Shown here one piece after another: positions 19,332-26,994 of a stretch of 64,000 bases of DNA. The notes below the pieces were generated by a model. It was not told where the DNA came from, searched no databases, and was given only the letters and a program-made list of their open reading frames with translations. Position numbers and translations under genes: made by a program. Position 1 is the stretch's first letter; every line of letters starts with the position of its first letter. The DNA comes from Elusimicrobiota bacterium (lineage in GTDB: Bacteria; Elusimicrobiota; Elusimicrobia; UBA1565; UBA9628), in the NCBI GenBank assembly GCA_027451985.1, contig DAIDHS010000014.1:1748-65747 (forward strand). Direction: 5' to 3'.

Positions 19332-19694
19332 TTAAACGCAGGCTCCACCCACTCCCGGCACGTACGTAGGCCCCGGAGGCACCGTGGACGAAACCAGGCA
19401 GACCTGGCTGATACCGCAGCTTCCCGCGCAGCGTCCTCCCGCGACCTTCTCGAGTTCGCTGTCCGAGAGCTCGCCGCCCGCCTTGACCAGGTCGGGAACC
19501 ACAAGCACCATGTCCGCGCCGTCCCTCGCCACCGCCGCGACCTTAAAGCCCGCCGGCAGATCCTTGCCGGAGACTTCCTTGACCGCCGCGGCCGGATTCT
19601 TGAGCGCCAACTCGCGGAATTTCGCGTCCGTCGAGGCCTTGCGTGCGAACGCCTCCAAAGCCTTTTTCTTTTCGTCCTGCGTCCAAGGTTTCAT
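19332..19694 (-). CDS. lanthipeptide precursor A2 with NHLP-type leader
   Basis: 120 aa. The leader is almost identical to A1 and ends ...SDSELEKVAGG. The predicted core is RCAGSCGISQVCLVSSTVPPGPTYVPGVGGACV, with 4 Cys and 6 Ser/Thr. The ATG overlaps the upstream gene's stop (ATGA). Confidence 0.8.
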   Translation of the reverse strand: MKPWTQDEKKKALEAFARKASTDAKFRELALKNPAAAVKEVSGKDLPAGFKVAAVARDGADMVLVVPDLVKAGGELSDSELEKVAGGRCAGSCGISQVCLVSSTVPPGPTYVPGVGGACV

Positions 19695-20449
19695 GCGATT
19701 TTCTCCTTTCCCTCGAAAGCCGCGCGCGTCTCGCCGACGGCGGCAAGTTCCACGCGCAGATTAAAATTATCCGGAAGATGCCGCCCCATTATCCGGGCGG
19801 CGGCGCCGCGCGGATCGGACAAGAAGCGCCCCTTAAAGTCCGGCCGGGCCGCGGCGCGTTTCAAGACGGTTCGGCGTAGGCATTGGATTTCGAATTCGTT
19901 CGGAGGCGGCGCGGGCGGAAACACCTCGCCCTCGCCCAGCACGGTGATGCGCGCCGCCAAGGCCTGCCGCCAGCACTCGCGCGCGGCGGCGAGAACGTCC
20001 GCGAAATCCCGGACCGGCGCCAGCGGCGCGGCTTTCGCACCCGAATCGGCCACCAGGGCGCCGTAGCAGGCGAGCGCTTCCCGGAGCTTTTGAAGTTCAG
20101 CGCCACTAACGTCCGCGCCCAACGCACGCGCATCGAACGCCACGCATCGGGTGCGCGGCGCCGGAATGAAAACGGGGACGCAGGTCGCGCCGACGAACTC
20201 GGTCTCCATCAAATCAAAAAGAAATTCCCCGGCCCGGACGTCGAAAAGTTTGTGCCGCCGGATGAAGACGCCGCTTTCGGGATGGCGCCGCGCCAGAAAC
20301 AGGCTGAGGCGGCCCTCCAAGACAAGCCACGCGCGGCCCGGGGAGCCACACTGAACGTAGGGAACCCCGCCGGGGAGTTCTTGTCCGACGGCCTCGATGC
20401 GTTGCTCCAAGGTCCCGGGCTCCACTGTCATCTTAGAGGATGCTATCAT
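19691..20449 (-). CDS. cyclic-nucleotide-binding-like (beta-roll) domain protein, standalone
   Basis: 252 aa from MIASSKMTVEPG (SD-like aaaaagagaaat upstream). The N-terminal domain LVLEGRLSLFLARRHPESGVFIRRHKLFDVRAGEFLFDL resembles a cNMP-binding fold. The stop overlaps the A2 start. Confidence 0.45.
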   Translation of the reverse strand: MIASSKMTVEPGTLEQRIEAVGQELPGGVPYVQCGSPGRAWLVLEGRLSLFLARRHPESGVFIRRHKLFDVRAGEFLFDLMETEFVGATCVPVFIPAPRTRCVAFDARALGADVSGAELQKLREALACYGALVADSGAKAAPLAPVRDFADVLAAARECWRQALAARITVLGEGEVFPPAPPPNEFEIQCLRRTVLKRAAARPDFKGRFLSDPRGAAARIMGRHLPDNFNLRVELAAVGETRAAFEGKEKIA

Positions 20450-20468
20450 ATTTCTCTTTTTCGTCGTT

Positions 20469-21497
20469 TTAGCGGCCAAAAAAAGCACGAGCCGCAATCG
20501 CATTACAGATCAGATACGCGACGGGATAGAGCGCGCGGGAAGCGGAGCGCACGCGCGCCGCAGTCCGGGACGAGCGCGCTTGGGCCGCGCGATGAACCAC
20601 GACGATTTCCACTATGGACAACGCGGAAAAGACGAAGCAAATGAGGAAGAACGCGTCGATGTAGGTCAGATACGGTAGGTGCGGCAGGCTGCCCGAGATG
20701 ACGAACAAGAAGGCCACCATCGTCAGCGTGGCGCTCAAGGCCACGGAGAACTGAGCCGCCACGTCAGTCTCATTGATCCACAAGGCGCAGTAGGACACGA
20801 TGACCATGATAAAGAGCGGCAGGAACACCTTCCATATATAGTAGCCGTAGCGGCGCTTGATGAGCATGTTAAAGTCGATTTCTGGGATGCTGCCGCCCTT
20901 GCCGCCCAGCACCGACTCCGCGGGCACGGCCTTCATGCCGAGCATCTTCCACTGCGCCAGAAGCGCCCAAGGCTGGCTATTGATGCCGGTCTGCCCCGGG
21001 TCGGGGATGGGATTGACCACGTCCCGCTCATCGAGGAACGGCTGGATGACCACGGGCAGGACCTGCTCGTCGAAGGGAAAACGGTGGAAGCTCATCTGCA
21101 TGGTGAGGTCGTCCTCGAAGTCCTCCCAGAAAACCACCGTGCCGTCGGGCTTGCGCCGGACGTTGGTGCCCAGCTTGAAGAGCCCGTTGACGGCGTTGGC
21201 CATGATGACGTTGGGCGTCCAGATTTTAGCCGGATCGCAGAGCCGATCTTTGTCCTTGGGGCCGCGCGGAACGTACTTGAGTCGAGGATCCTTCCACTGC
21301 TCATAGAGGTATCCCCGGATGCGGAAGGTCTGCGCGACCTCGTCGACGCCCACCAAGTCGGTCACGTAGACGCCTACTTTGACAGGCACGCGCCCGCCGC
21401 TGGACGGCGGAGGAGGAGGAATTTGACGGGCCGAAGCCCGAAGCCCCGTGGACAGAAGAGGAATCAGGAGCGTAACGGCAATTGCGGTGCGCTTCAT
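20469..21497 (-). CDS. prokaryotic pentameric (Cys-loop family) ligand-gated ion channel homologue
   Basis: 342 aa. Signal peptide, ~200 aa beta-rich extracellular domain, then pre-M1/M1 RRYGYYIWKVFLPLFIMVIVSYCALWI (GLIC/ELIC-like R-x-Y..LP..F....S..A.W), M2 SVALSATLTMVAFLFVISGSLP, M3 and a short M4. Confidence 0.7.
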   Translation of the reverse strand: MKRTAIAVTLLIPLLSTGLRASARQIPPPPPSSGGRVPVKVGVYVTDLVGVDEVAQTFRIRGYLYEQWKDPRLKYVPRGPKDKDRLCDPAKIWTPNVIMANAVNGLFKLGTNVRRKPDGTVVFWEDFEDDLTMQMSFHRFPFDEQVLPVVIQPFLDERDVVNPIPDPGQTGINSQPWALLAQWKMLGMKAVPAESVLGGKGGSIPEIDFNMLIKRRYGYYIWKVFLPLFIMVIVSYCALWINETDVAAQFSVALSATLTMVAFLFVISGSLPHLPYLTYIDAFFLICFVFSALSIVEIVVVHRAAQARSSRTAARVRSASRALYPVAYLICNAIAARAFFGR

Positions 21498-21547
21498 TTT
21501 TGAAGATTATATCCTAAAAGTTATGATCCTAATATAAGGAAAAAACG

Positions 21548-22027
21548 ATGAGCCGGGCATTCACCAAGGAAGATGCGGGCGACTTCGACGAACTGCCGGA
21601 GCGCCATCAAAGCTCCTCGCCCAACTACGTGACCCCCGAGGGCTTGGCCGCCCTGCGCCGCCGGATGGAGGAGTTGCAGAACCGGATCGCGTCTTTGCCG
21701 CGGGAGAGCCAGCAGGCGAAGGAAGCACGCCGAGATCTGCATTACTACACGGGCCGGGTTTCAAGCGCCCTTTTGGTCGAACCGCAGGCCGCCTCGGCCG
21801 CAGAGGCGCGCTTTGGCGCAACGGTCGCCCTGCGGCGCAAGAACGGAAGCCTACGCCGCGTCAAAATCGTGGGGCAGGACGAAGCCGAGAGCGCCGAAGA
21901 CAAAATCGCCTGGGACTCGGCCCTGGCTATGGCGCTCATGGGGGGCAAAGCCGGAGACCGCGTCGAGACCGAGGACGAGGGGCCGCTGACCATCGCGGAG
22001 ATCCTCTACGAAAAGGCGCCCAAATAA
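21548..22027 (+). CDS. GreA/GreB-family transcription elongation factor homologue (Rnk-like)
   Basis: 159 aa. An N-terminal coiled-coil-like region (LAALRRRMEELQNRIASL) and a C-terminal FKBP-like domain with the acidic tip typical of the Gre family. Confidence 0.6.
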   Translation: MSRAFTKEDAGDFDELPERHQSSSPNYVTPEGLAALRRRMEELQNRIASLPRESQQAKEARRDLHYYTGRVSSALLVEPQAASAAEARFGATVALRRKNGSLRRVKIVGQDEAESAEDKIAWDSALAMALMGGKAGDRVETEDEGPLTIAEILYEKAPK

Positions 22028-22070
22028 GCTAAAGTCAGAAAATAAATTCGGCGGCAAAAGGAGATTCGGC

Positions 22071-22235
22071 ATGGCGATCGTGGAGTTCGGAGAATTCAAG
22101 GGCAACAAGATGATCATCCTCAAACGCAATGAGGAGGATAAGTACCCCTTTCAGTTCGGCCTCAGCAAGGCATCTCTTATCCTCGAGCACATCGAGGACA
22201 TCCGCAAGTTCGTTGCGGACAACCAGAAAGCTTAG
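22071..22235 (+). CDS. small conserved-looking protein (54 aa), possibly PC4/YdbC-like ssDNA-binding fold
   Basis: Not in the supplied track (<60 aa). Strong SD aaaggag 7 nt upstream of the ATG. The sequence MAIVEFGEFKGNKMIILKRNEEDKYPFQFGLSKASLILEHIEDIRKFV resembles the PC4 core motif FKGK..IDIRE. Confidence 0.4.
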   Translation: MAIVEFGEFKGNKMIILKRNEEDKYPFQFGLSKASLILEHIEDIRKFVADNQKA

Positions 22236-22447
22236 GGCTAAGGAAGCGCTTCCCGAGCGTACGCGGAGCAGGACAACACCGGAAGCCTGGGATATTTCGG
22301 TAACCCCCGCTCCGCGGGCGCCGTGCACAAATAAATAATCGCGGTGCTTTTTGTTTTAAGCCTGCGCGCGTTGGCGCAGACGGCGCACAAACCCGCCCGC
22401 TCGGTCTCAGGAAGCATCACGAGGCCGGCGCGTCTCCGCGGCCTTTC

Positions 22448-23890
22448 TCAATAGGTCGGCACGCTCGGATCAATGCGTTCTGACCAAGCGGCGATGCCCC
22501 CGGCCACGTTGACCGCATTTTTAAATCCCGCGCCGCGCAGAAACTCAACCGCCTTGGCGGAGCGCCCGCCCATCTTGCAGTGCACCAGGATGTCGGCCGC
22601 AGAGTCGAGCTCATGCAGGCGCTCGGGCAGCTGGCCCAGGGGAATGAGCGTTGAGCCAGGCAGGCGGCAGATGTCGTACTCCTCCTGCTCGCGCACATCG
22701 AGGATGAATATGTCGTCCTTGCGGTCCATGCGAGCCTTCAGGTCCTCGACGCTGATTTCGGGAATCCCGGCCGCGGTAGCTTTTTTCTCCTCGCCGCGGA
22801 TGCTGCAGAACTCCTCGTAGTCGATGAGCGTTTTGATGCTGGGCTTGGCCCCGCACACGGGGCAGTCGGGATCTTTGCGCAGCGCCAGTTTTCGCCAGCC
22901 CATCTTCAAGGCGTCGAAAAGCACAAGTTGGCCGATCAATGGTTCGCCAATGCCCACGATAAGCTTGATGGTCTCGGCGGCCTGCAAGGCTCCAACCACG
23001 CCCGGCAAAACGCCCAGCACGCCTCCTTCGGCGCACGACGGCACCAAGCCCGGCGGAGGCGGCTCAGAGTAGACGCAGCGGTAGCACGGCCCGCGCTCGG
23101 CCCAGAACACCGAGACCTGGCCGTCGAAGCGGAAGATGCTGCCGTAAACGTTGGGCTTGCCCAGAAGGACGCAGGCGTCGTTGACCAGGTAGCGCGTGGG
23201 GAAGTTGTCCGTGCCGTCCACCACGATGTCGTAACCCTTAATGATGTCCAAGGCGTTGTGCGAGGATAGCCTGACTTCGTGGGTTTGAATCTTGATGGTC
23301 GGGTTGACGTCCAGAAGCCGGGCGCGCGCTGATTCCAGCTTGGGCTTTCCCACCGCATCGGTGGAGTGGATGATTTGCCGCTGCAAGTTGGAAAGCTCGA
23401 CCACGTCGAAATCCACGATACCGATCGTGCCCACCCCGGCCGCGGCCAAGTACAGGCTCAGGGGCGAGCCCAGTCCGCCCGCGCCAATCGTCAAGACCCT
23501 GGCTTCCTTGAGTTTTTTCTGTCCGGCCATACCCACCTCGGGCATGATGAGATGGCGGCTGTAGCGTTTGATTTCCTCGGCGCTAAACGTCGTCTCCTCT
23601 TTAGCCGGGGCCGCGTTGCCGCCCGCAATCGAAGGCACAATGAGCAGAACGTCACCGTCCTTGACCGGAGTTTGTGCGCCCTGCAGGTGCCGGATGTCCG
23701 CGTCGTTTAGGAACACATTGACGAAATGGCGCAGCTTGCCGTCGTCGCCGATCAAGTGTTTTTTAAGCGCGGCGTATCTGCTCGTCAAGGCGTCCAATAC
23801 GGCCCCCACGGTCGCCCCCTCCAGCTCCACCACCTCTTTTTTCTCGACGTACTGCCGCAAAGCCGTCGGCACGTGCACTCTAACCTTCAT
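22448..23890 (-). CDS. fused ThiS/MoaD-like sulfur-carrier domain - MoeB/ThiF (E1-like adenylyltransferase) - rhodanese (MoeZ-like)
   Basis: 480 aa from MKVRVHV. The N-terminal ubiquitin-like beta-grasp ends ...VLLIVPSIAGG. The E1 nucleotide-binding segment is VLTIGAGGLGSPLSLYLAAAGVG, with CxxC pairs. The C-terminal rhodanese has the active-site Cys in CKMGGRS. Confidence 0.8.
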   Translation of the reverse strand: MKVRVHVPTALRQYVEKKEVVELEGATVGAVLDALTSRYAALKKHLIGDDGKLRHFVNVFLNDADIRHLQGAQTPVKDGDVLLIVPSIAGGNAAPAKEETTFSAEEIKRYSRHLIMPEVGMAGQKKLKEARVLTIGAGGLGSPLSLYLAAAGVGTIGIVDFDVVELSNLQRQIIHSTDAVGKPKLESARARLLDVNPTIKIQTHEVRLSSHNALDIIKGYDIVVDGTDNFPTRYLVNDACVLLGKPNVYGSIFRFDGQVSVFWAERGPCYRCVYSEPPPPGLVPSCAEGGVLGVLPGVVGALQAAETIKLIVGIGEPLIGQLVLFDALKMGWRKLALRKDPDCPVCGAKPSIKTLIDYEEFCSIRGEEKKATAAGIPEISVEDLKARMDRKDDIFILDVREQEEYDICRLPGSTLIPLGQLPERLHELDSAADILVHCKMGGRSAKAVEFLRGAGFKNAVNVAGGIAAWSERIDPSVPTY

Positions 23891-24333
23891 CAAAGAACCT
23901 CCGTTCTCCCCTCGATAAAGCTGCGTCCGTCCTCGGATCGCCGCCACACCCGCAAGTCCCCTGCGCCTGCCGCCGTCATCGCGACGATCAAGTAGGCGTA
24001 GGCGGGCCAAGCGCGCTGCAAATCAAAAGGCGACGGCCACGCAGGGGCGTCGGGATGTGAGTGGTAAATGCCCACGATGCCGCGGGGTTGACCCGAAAAT
24101 TCCTTCTCGACCGCGGCCCAGGCCTGCGGGTCCATCTCGTAGCGATCGTTTTTTCTTTGCGGGTTGGCCATATTTTTGAGCGGCCGAGCGTCCAGGACGC
24201 GCACGTCCGATTCGGGATCGCCGAAGCCGGAGGAGATGTCGCCGATTAAAAGCCCGCAGCCTTCCTCGGGATAAGTTTCGCGCACGTGATCTTGAATGGC
24301 CTTCATGACCGCGTTCGGAATAAAGAGCGTCAC
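23890..24333 (-). CDS. JAMM/MPN+ metalloprotease (Mec+-like)
   Basis: JAMM motif EEGCGLL ... HSHPDAPAWPSPFD (E-x(n)-HxH-x7-S-x2-D). Start is either the GTG overlapping the cysM TGA (GTGA, 147 aa) or the ATG at 24306 (138 aa). Confidence 0.75.
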   Translation of the reverse strand: MTLFIPNAVMKAIQDHVRETYPEEGCGLLIGDISSGFGDPESDVRVLDARPLKNMANPQRKNDRYEMDPQAWAAVEKEFSGQPRGIVGIYHSHPDAPAWPSPFDLQRAWPAYAYLIVAMTAAGAGDLRVWRRSEDGRSFIEGRTEVL

Positions 24334-25268
24334 TTGGCCGTCTCCCAGAAACGCTCGCTCAAGTAGCGCTCGCCGCCGTCCGGCAGAACCGTAGCCAAGA
24401 CCGCGTCCCGACCGTCCCGAAAAAGTTCTTGCCCGACCGCAAAGCACGCGGCTAGATTCGCACCACCCGAAATGCCGATGAGCACGCCCTCGTCTTTCGC
24501 CGCGCGCAGGACCCACCCGTAGGCGTCCTCCGTTGCAATCTCCAGGTTCCGATCCGCCAAGCGCGGGTCGTAGATGCCGGGGACAATGGCGCTGTCCATG
24601 TGCTTCAAGCCCTCCAAACCGTGCAGGGGCGAGTCGGGCTGGACCGAAATCAGCTTCACGCCGGGGTTCAATTCTTTGAGCTTGGTCCCGATGCCGCGGA
24701 ACGTGCCGCTTGTGCCCAAACCCGCGACGAAGTGCGTGACGCGGCCCTGGGTCTGCTCCCAAATTTCCGGGCCCGTGGTTTCGTAGTGCGCCTTCCAATT
24801 CTCGGGGTTGTTGTACTGGTCGGGATAGAAATAAAGCTCTGGATTTTCCGCGTTGAGCTCGCGCGCCTTGCGGATGGCGCCGTCGGGGCCTTCAAGCGGA
24901 TCGGTCAGCACAAGCTCCGCCCCGTAAGCCAGCAGGATTTTCTTTCGCTCCGCGTTGATGTTGCCGGGCACGGCCAGACGAACCCTGTAGCCCAGCTTCG
25001 CGCCCATCCAGGCATACGCGATGCCCGTGTTGCCCGAGGTGGCGTCCATGATGATCTTGCCGGGCGTCAAGAGCCCCGCGCGCTCGGCGGCGCGCAACAT
25101 CCCAAGAGCCGCGCGGTCCTTGATCGAGCCGCCGGGGTTGCGCCACTCCGCCTTGGCGGCGATTTGAACACGTCCCCCAAATGCGCGCGCGAGCTTCGGG
25201 AAAGAAATGAGCGGGGTGTTCCCGACCCCCAAATCTTGCTTCGGAACCGGACTGGCCTGCGCGCGCAT
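24330..25268 (-). CDS. cysM: cysteine synthase B-like (CysM; PLP-dependent, sulfur-carrier-dependent type)
   Basis: 312 aa. The PLP-lysine region is NPGGSIKDRAALGML, followed by DATSGNTGIAYA and GTSGTFRGIG, as in CysK/CysM. Confidence 0.85.
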   Translation of the reverse strand: MRAQASPVPKQDLGVGNTPLISFPKLARAFGGRVQIAAKAEWRNPGGSIKDRAALGMLRAAERAGLLTPGKIIMDATSGNTGIAYAWMGAKLGYRVRLAVPGNINAERKKILLAYGAELVLTDPLEGPDGAIRKARELNAENPELYFYPDQYNNPENWKAHYETTGPEIWEQTQGRVTHFVAGLGTSGTFRGIGTKLKELNPGVKLISVQPDSPLHGLEGLKHMDSAIVPGIYDPRLADRNLEIATEDAYGWVLRAAKDEGVLIGISGGANLAACFAVGQELFRDGRDAVLATVLPDGGERYLSERFWETAK

Positions 25269-25319
25269 CTGATTATTATACGTGTTATGTCTTGCCTCAA
25301 ACTGTGTGGGAGAGCCGAA

Positions 25320-26774
25320 TCAGAAGGCTAATTGCGAGCGCATCCCGATGATGCGTTCAATGGGGCGATTGCCCGTGCCATTGCCGCCTGCGAACCAAGT
25401 TTGCTCGTAGTCCACAGCTAACCGCACGAAATTATTCAAATACCAATTCAGCGCGAGAGTATAGGCTGTCGCCCGCGATGCGGAAACAGAGGAATCGGCG
25501 AAAGTCGGGAAAGTTTTCGGATCGAGCTGCAGCTGGTGAAGCCGCGCGGCTACCTCCCAGGCCCCCCAAGTTCCCGCCCGGGGGTCGAACACCTTTTTTG
25601 GAATGACACCCTCGTAAGAGGCATCCTCGCCGGTGAGCACCCAAGATGCCGCGCTCTGCCAAGCGCGATTGGTCAGGCGAGCTCGTGCGTTGCCCGCCTG
25701 AGCCACCTGGCTGGTTTGCGCATACTCCGCATAGACAGCGACGGGGCCTAAATAATAGGAAGCCTGCGGGACCAGATGAATTTGCTCGCCGCTGAAGGCC
25801 ACGGTGTTCCTGTAACTCATAAACTGTTCTTGGCCTATCGCGGTTCTAAAAACCGGAACCCCCGGATTCGAGGCGGCATAGCTGCCCGCGAACCCGAAAC
25901 CCAAGTTCTCAAGCTTGCGGCGGCCGGAATTCTTGAGCGGCTGAAAAAAAGTCCGCGCGACCAATTCCTTGGCATTGCCGGAGGGGCTGTCGATCGCATG
26001 AGCGGCGTCGGCCGTTCCGTTGGTGAAGGAAGCTTGATATGTGAAAGCATCGCCAAGAAGTCCGCCGAAAAACTCCACTCCAGTATCACGCGACGGCATC
26101 AGATCCGCTGTCAAGCCCCGCTCCATGAACGTCAAGTCGCTGGCGGCGCGCAGCCGCTCCAGACCCAGAGGAGGCTTGAACTTCCCGATTCGCAGATTCG
26201 CGAACGACCATGGACGGACGTCCAGGAACGAATCGTCAATTCCGACGGTATTTAAGCCGAAATCCGGCTGAAAAAAGAAATCATAAAACCCGGACACATT
26301 GCCCGCCAAGACAGGGCGCGCGCGCCTCAAAAAAAAGCCGCTCGTTACAGGCGCCTGCCCAGAAGCATTGACTGCGGGGGCATAAGCCGCGGGATTGGAT
26401 CCGCTTCCCGTGTAGAAACGGCCGTCAGTCTGGATAATGCCTTGAAATTGGATTTTAAAATTCCCGTCCGGCGACCTCAAAGAGAAACCAGACAGTCCGG
26501 CAAAAGATTCGCCCGCAGGAGGATTCTCGGGCCCGATGGCCATGCGCGGCCGGCTAAATGCCCCCGCCGGCTCGTGCGCCCCCACAAGCTGCAGTTCCCT
26601 GCGCATGGACTCCACTTGGCTCTCCAGCAGATCCACGCGCTGCCCCAAGGTTCTCGTGGACACGGAAATCGCGGGCACAGAATATTCTTCGGCACGAAGA
26701 GGCCGGGCCTGCGCGCACAGAAGAGCGGCAGATATCCCCGCGAAGATTAGAATATTTATTTTTATCGCCTTCAT
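25320..26774 (-). CDS. outer-membrane porin, phosphate-selective porin O/P-like
   Basis: 484 aa with signal peptide. An N-terminal coiled-coil (LESQVESMRRELQL) is followed by alternating-hydrophobic beta-strands, and the C-terminus ends ...RSQLAF. Confidence 0.55.
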   Translation of the reverse strand: MKAIKINILIFAGISAALLCAQARPLRAEEYSVPAISVSTRTLGQRVDLLESQVESMRRELQLVGAHEPAGAFSRPRMAIGPENPPAGESFAGLSGFSLRSPDGNFKIQFQGIIQTDGRFYTGSGSNPAAYAPAVNASGQAPVTSGFFLRRARPVLAGNVSGFYDFFFQPDFGLNTVGIDDSFLDVRPWSFANLRIGKFKPPLGLERLRAASDLTFMERGLTADLMPSRDTGVEFFGGLLGDAFTYQASFTNGTADAAHAIDSPSGNAKELVARTFFQPLKNSGRRKLENLGFGFAGSYAASNPGVPVFRTAIGQEQFMSYRNTVAFSGEQIHLVPQASYYLGPVAVYAEYAQTSQVAQAGNARARLTNRAWQSAASWVLTGEDASYEGVIPKKVFDPRAGTWGAWEVAARLHQLQLDPKTFPTFADSSVSASRATAYTLALNWYLNNFVRLAVDYEQTWFAGGNGTGNRPIERIIGMRSQLAF

Positions 26775-26994
26775 CAGCGCTTCAAGAGAATTTTATATCC
26801 CACTATTATACGCGTTCCGCTTCGGACTTTCGTGCCATATTTAAGCGCCTGAGTTGTCCAGATCATTTATGGAAGAGGCATCGGATGCAACGCAAGGCAT
26901 TGGCCGTTTGGCAGGAAGACTTGTGAAGTCGGGCAAGGGTAGTCAGCCCGCAAACATCATCAGCGGCGCAACCCTACCTTCTGAAAATACGCCC

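Noticed and set aside
18882-20066. 394-aa plus-strand ORF spanning both lanthipeptide precursors
   Set aside because: It is antisense to the NHLP precursor genes and the cNMP-like gene. Its Arg/Ala-rich composition is typical of spurious high-GC frames.
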